Positions 61,861 through 64,000 of a stretch of 64,000 nt of DNA are shown piece after piece (positions within the stretch are counted from its first letter, which is position 1; each line of letters opens with the position of its first letter). The notes beneath the pieces were generated by a model that saw only the letters and a list, made by a program, of their open reading frames with translations, was not told the origin of the DNA and ran no database searches. The translations under genes and the position numbers were made by a program. Source of the stretch: Candidatus Cloacimonadales bacterium (GTDB lineage Bacteria > Cloacimonadota > Cloacimonadia > Cloacimonadales > JAIOQZ01); NCBI GenBank assembly GCA_963674825.1, contig OY771587.1:2368001-2432000 (forward strand), given 5' to 3'.

Positions 61861-63612
61861 ATGAACCAGGATTATATTTCCAAAACGGTGTCGCGCAGGA
61901 TAGCGCCAGTAGTGTTCGCTGTGGTTGTATTCATTGTTATTAGCTTGATAACATTGCAGCACCAGCGAAAACGCACTGTTTTCCGCAACCTCAATTCTAT
62001 TGCAACGATTCTCAAGGAAGAACTCAAGAATGTTCAGCCCGATTCGACAATTGTCGAGCTCAAGCAATTCAAAGCCGGCACCTATCGTATCTCGATCATC
62101 GATCGTCACGGTGATGTGATCGCGGATACTTATCCAAATTCCAGCGACATTGCATATCTTTATATGCGTCCGGAGATCGTGCAAGGCTTGAACGGAAATC
62201 CCGATATCCGCGTTCGTAAAAACGCCGGTAAACGGGAGTATTTCTACGTCACACCGTTGCAGTTCGAAGACGATGAGATGAGCCATCTGAAAAGCTTGCT
62301 TTACCTGCAATTCATCGACTCGGAAGCTATCGTGATGCCTTATCTGCCCACGATCCTGAGTTTTTCTGGCGTTGTTCTTCTCCTTGCGCTCATCGTATTC
62401 TATTATCAGGCATATCGCGAGAAGGAATCCCTGGAGAAGGTTGTGGCCTCACTTCATTCGCTGGTGCGCGGTCACTTCTCTTCAGAAATGATTCCACAGG
62501 ATCTGGACAACCTGCGGGAGATACAGGACGAAATCGAAGTCTTGAGCCAGCGCGTAATGCATGATAATTCAGAGCTAAACAGACTCAAACGAATCCAGGA
62601 TACCTTCTTCCGCTTTGTCGACGCGCAAATATGCGTGATCGATTCGGAAGGCAGGATACTTTATACCAGTCGCAAATTCAATCGCATGTTTTCCAATAAG
62701 GAAATTACCGGAAGGTTGCTTTCGGAAGTGGTACGCGACGATACCTTTTCGGAGTTGATCGATAAAACTTTCCAGGATCGTACAAGCCAAACAATGGAGA
62801 TCGCCTGGAATCGCGAATACTACGCGGCCAGCGCGTCGTGGATCGCGGAAGAAAACTGCGTGGCGATCTTTCTCTACAATATCACCGAAATCCGTCATAC
62901 ACAGGCAATGCAACGCGAGTTTATTCAGAATGTATCGCACGAACTCAAGACACCGTTGACATCGATCAAGGGCTTTCTTGAAACCTTGAAGGAAGATATC
63001 GAGGACGAAGAAAACCTGAATTATCTCGCCATTATCGAACGCAACACAAACAGGCTTATCCGCATTATCCAAGACCTCTTCGTACTCACGCGCAACGAGA
63101 GCGACGCAGTCAGCAAGTTCAAGCCGGTCAATCTGGGTAAGATGATCCGCCAGGTAGGCGCAGGGCTGAAAGATGAGATCAACGGTCGCGGCGTAGAGCT
63201 TTCCATCGAGATCGAAGAAGACGAGATGATGGTTCAAGGTGATCTTTTCAAGCTGGAGCAGGTGTTCATCAATCTGATTCGAAATTCCTTGCAATACACC
63301 GAGGAGGGGATGATCCATCTCGGGTGTTTTAGAGAAGGCAATAAAATCAACGCTATCGTCCAGGACACCGGGATCGGCATTCCGGGCAAACACTTGCCGT
63401 TCCTGTTCGATCGCTTTTACGTCGTAGATAAATCGCGCTGCAGGAAATACGGTGGAACCGGCCTGGGGCTCAGCATAGTCAAGCAAATCGTAACGCAACA
63501 TTCGGGTGAAATCGGAATCGAGAGCTCCGTCGGCAAAGGCACGACAGTCACGATCCAGTTCCCCGCTGTGAATATTGACCATGAACAGCTATCAAATGAT
63601 CAGGAAGTGTGA
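61861..63612 (+). CDS. PhoR-like sensor histidine kinase
   Basis: Two TM segments and a PAS-like region; NVSHELKTPLTSI.G..ETL, N box, D.G.GI and RFYVVDKSR.R..GGTGLGLSIVK motifs. Confidence 0.9.
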   Translation: MNQDYISKTVSRRIAPVVFAVVVFIVISLITLQHQRKRTVFRNLNSIATILKEELKNVQPDSTIVELKQFKAGTYRISIIDRHGDVIADTYPNSSDIAYLYMRPEIVQGLNGNPDIRVRKNAGKREYFYVTPLQFEDDEMSHLKSLLYLQFIDSEAIVMPYLPTILSFSGVVLLLALIVFYYQAYREKESLEKVVASLHSLVRGHFSSEMIPQDLDNLREIQDEIEVLSQRVMHDNSELNRLKRIQDTFFRFVDAQICVIDSEGRILYTSRKFNRMFSNKEITGRLLSEVVRDDTFSELIDKTFQDRTSQTMEIAWNREYYAASASWIAEENCVAIFLYNITEIRHTQAMQREFIQNVSHELKTPLTSIKGFLETLKEDIEDEENLNYLAIIERNTNRLIRIIQDLFVLTRNESDAVSKFKPVNLGKMIRQVGAGLKDEINGRGVELSIEIEEDEMMVQGDLFKLEQVFINLIRNSLQYTEEGMIHLGCFREGNKINAIVQDTGIGIPGKHLPFLFDRFYVVDKSRCRKYGGTGLGLSIVKQIVTQHSGEIGIESSVGKGTTVTIQFPAVNIDHEQLSNDQEV

Positions 63613-63616
63613 TTGC

Positions 63617-64000
63617 ATGATTGACCAGAAAGCCATGAGGATGGTGAGAGCCATCGCGGCTCAGTATTCGAAATATGGCGCTTCCTTCGACGACCTGGTT
63701 CAGGAGGGCTTGATAGGATATATGGAAGCTCACAAACGGTATGATCCCACCAAGGGAGCCGGGCTATCTACCTATGCACCTTACTGGGTCAAGAAGAAGA
63801 TCCTCCAATTTCTGGATACCGAGATCAAATTTCGGTCCCGCACGGTAGAGCTCAACGAGGGAGTTGTCAGTGGCGAGATTGCAGAACCAGCAGAAGTGGA
63901 GACCAAAATAAACCTGCCGGACGACATGCCCAGCATCGAGCAGAAGATCATCCGACAGGTGTACGAGGAAAATCGGTCTCTAACCGAGATATCAAATCTT
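63617..64000 (+). CDS. Sigma-70 family sigma factor, compact (partial, runs off the window)
   Basis: Manual translation MIDQKAMRMVRAIAAQYSKYGASFDDLVQEGLIGYMEAHKRYDPTKGAGLSTYAPYWVKK (region 2), then MPSIEQKIIRQVYEENRSLTEIS (start of region 4). Confidence 0.85.
   Translation, partial: MIDQKAMRMVRAIAAQYSKYGASFDDLVQEGLIGYMEAHKRYDPTKGAGLSTYAPYWVKKKILQFLDTEIKFRSRTVELNEGVVSGEIAEPAEVETKINLPDDMPSIEQKIIRQVYEENRSLTEISNL

Overview
This is a gene-dense bacterial chromosomal window. It probably comes from a Cloacimonadota-type anaerobe; this is inferred from the gene order and from several secreted proteins ending in a FlgD/T9SS-like C-terminal domain. In order, it contains: (1) a korDABC-mce-mmdADCB operon (2-oxoacid:ferredoxin oxidoreductase, methylmalonyl-CoA epimerase and a Na+-pumping acyl-CoA decarboxylase) convergent with a coaBC-SDR-DUF3108-queA-birA operon; (2) the rimP-nusA-ylxR-L7Ae-infB-rbfA-DHH-truB-ribF-radA operon; (3) a long minus-strand block, infC-rpmI-rplT-pheS-pheT-zapB-zapA-6S RNA-rny-ymdB-folD, preceded by an L20 leader; (4) accessory envelope and resistance genes (two MacB-like permeases, an S8 protease, Eis, SdpI, PadR-TolC-RND and an FG-GAP protein); (5) nfo, a GH31 glucosidase and a PhoBR-like pair followed by a compact sigma factor. 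The most unusual observations are a ComEA-type helix-hairpin-helix domain inserted in-frame in PheT and a decarboxylase with a tandem double-biotinyl carrier plus a delta subunit carrying a signal peptide and LysM-like domain. Also notable are a ~130-nt rod-like inverted repeat, a nested mosaic of REP-like palindromes (one inside a CDS), and several unannotated regulatory elements. No tRNA, rRNA, CRISPR array or transposase was recognised. All calls come from reading motifs by eye; no database searches were run.
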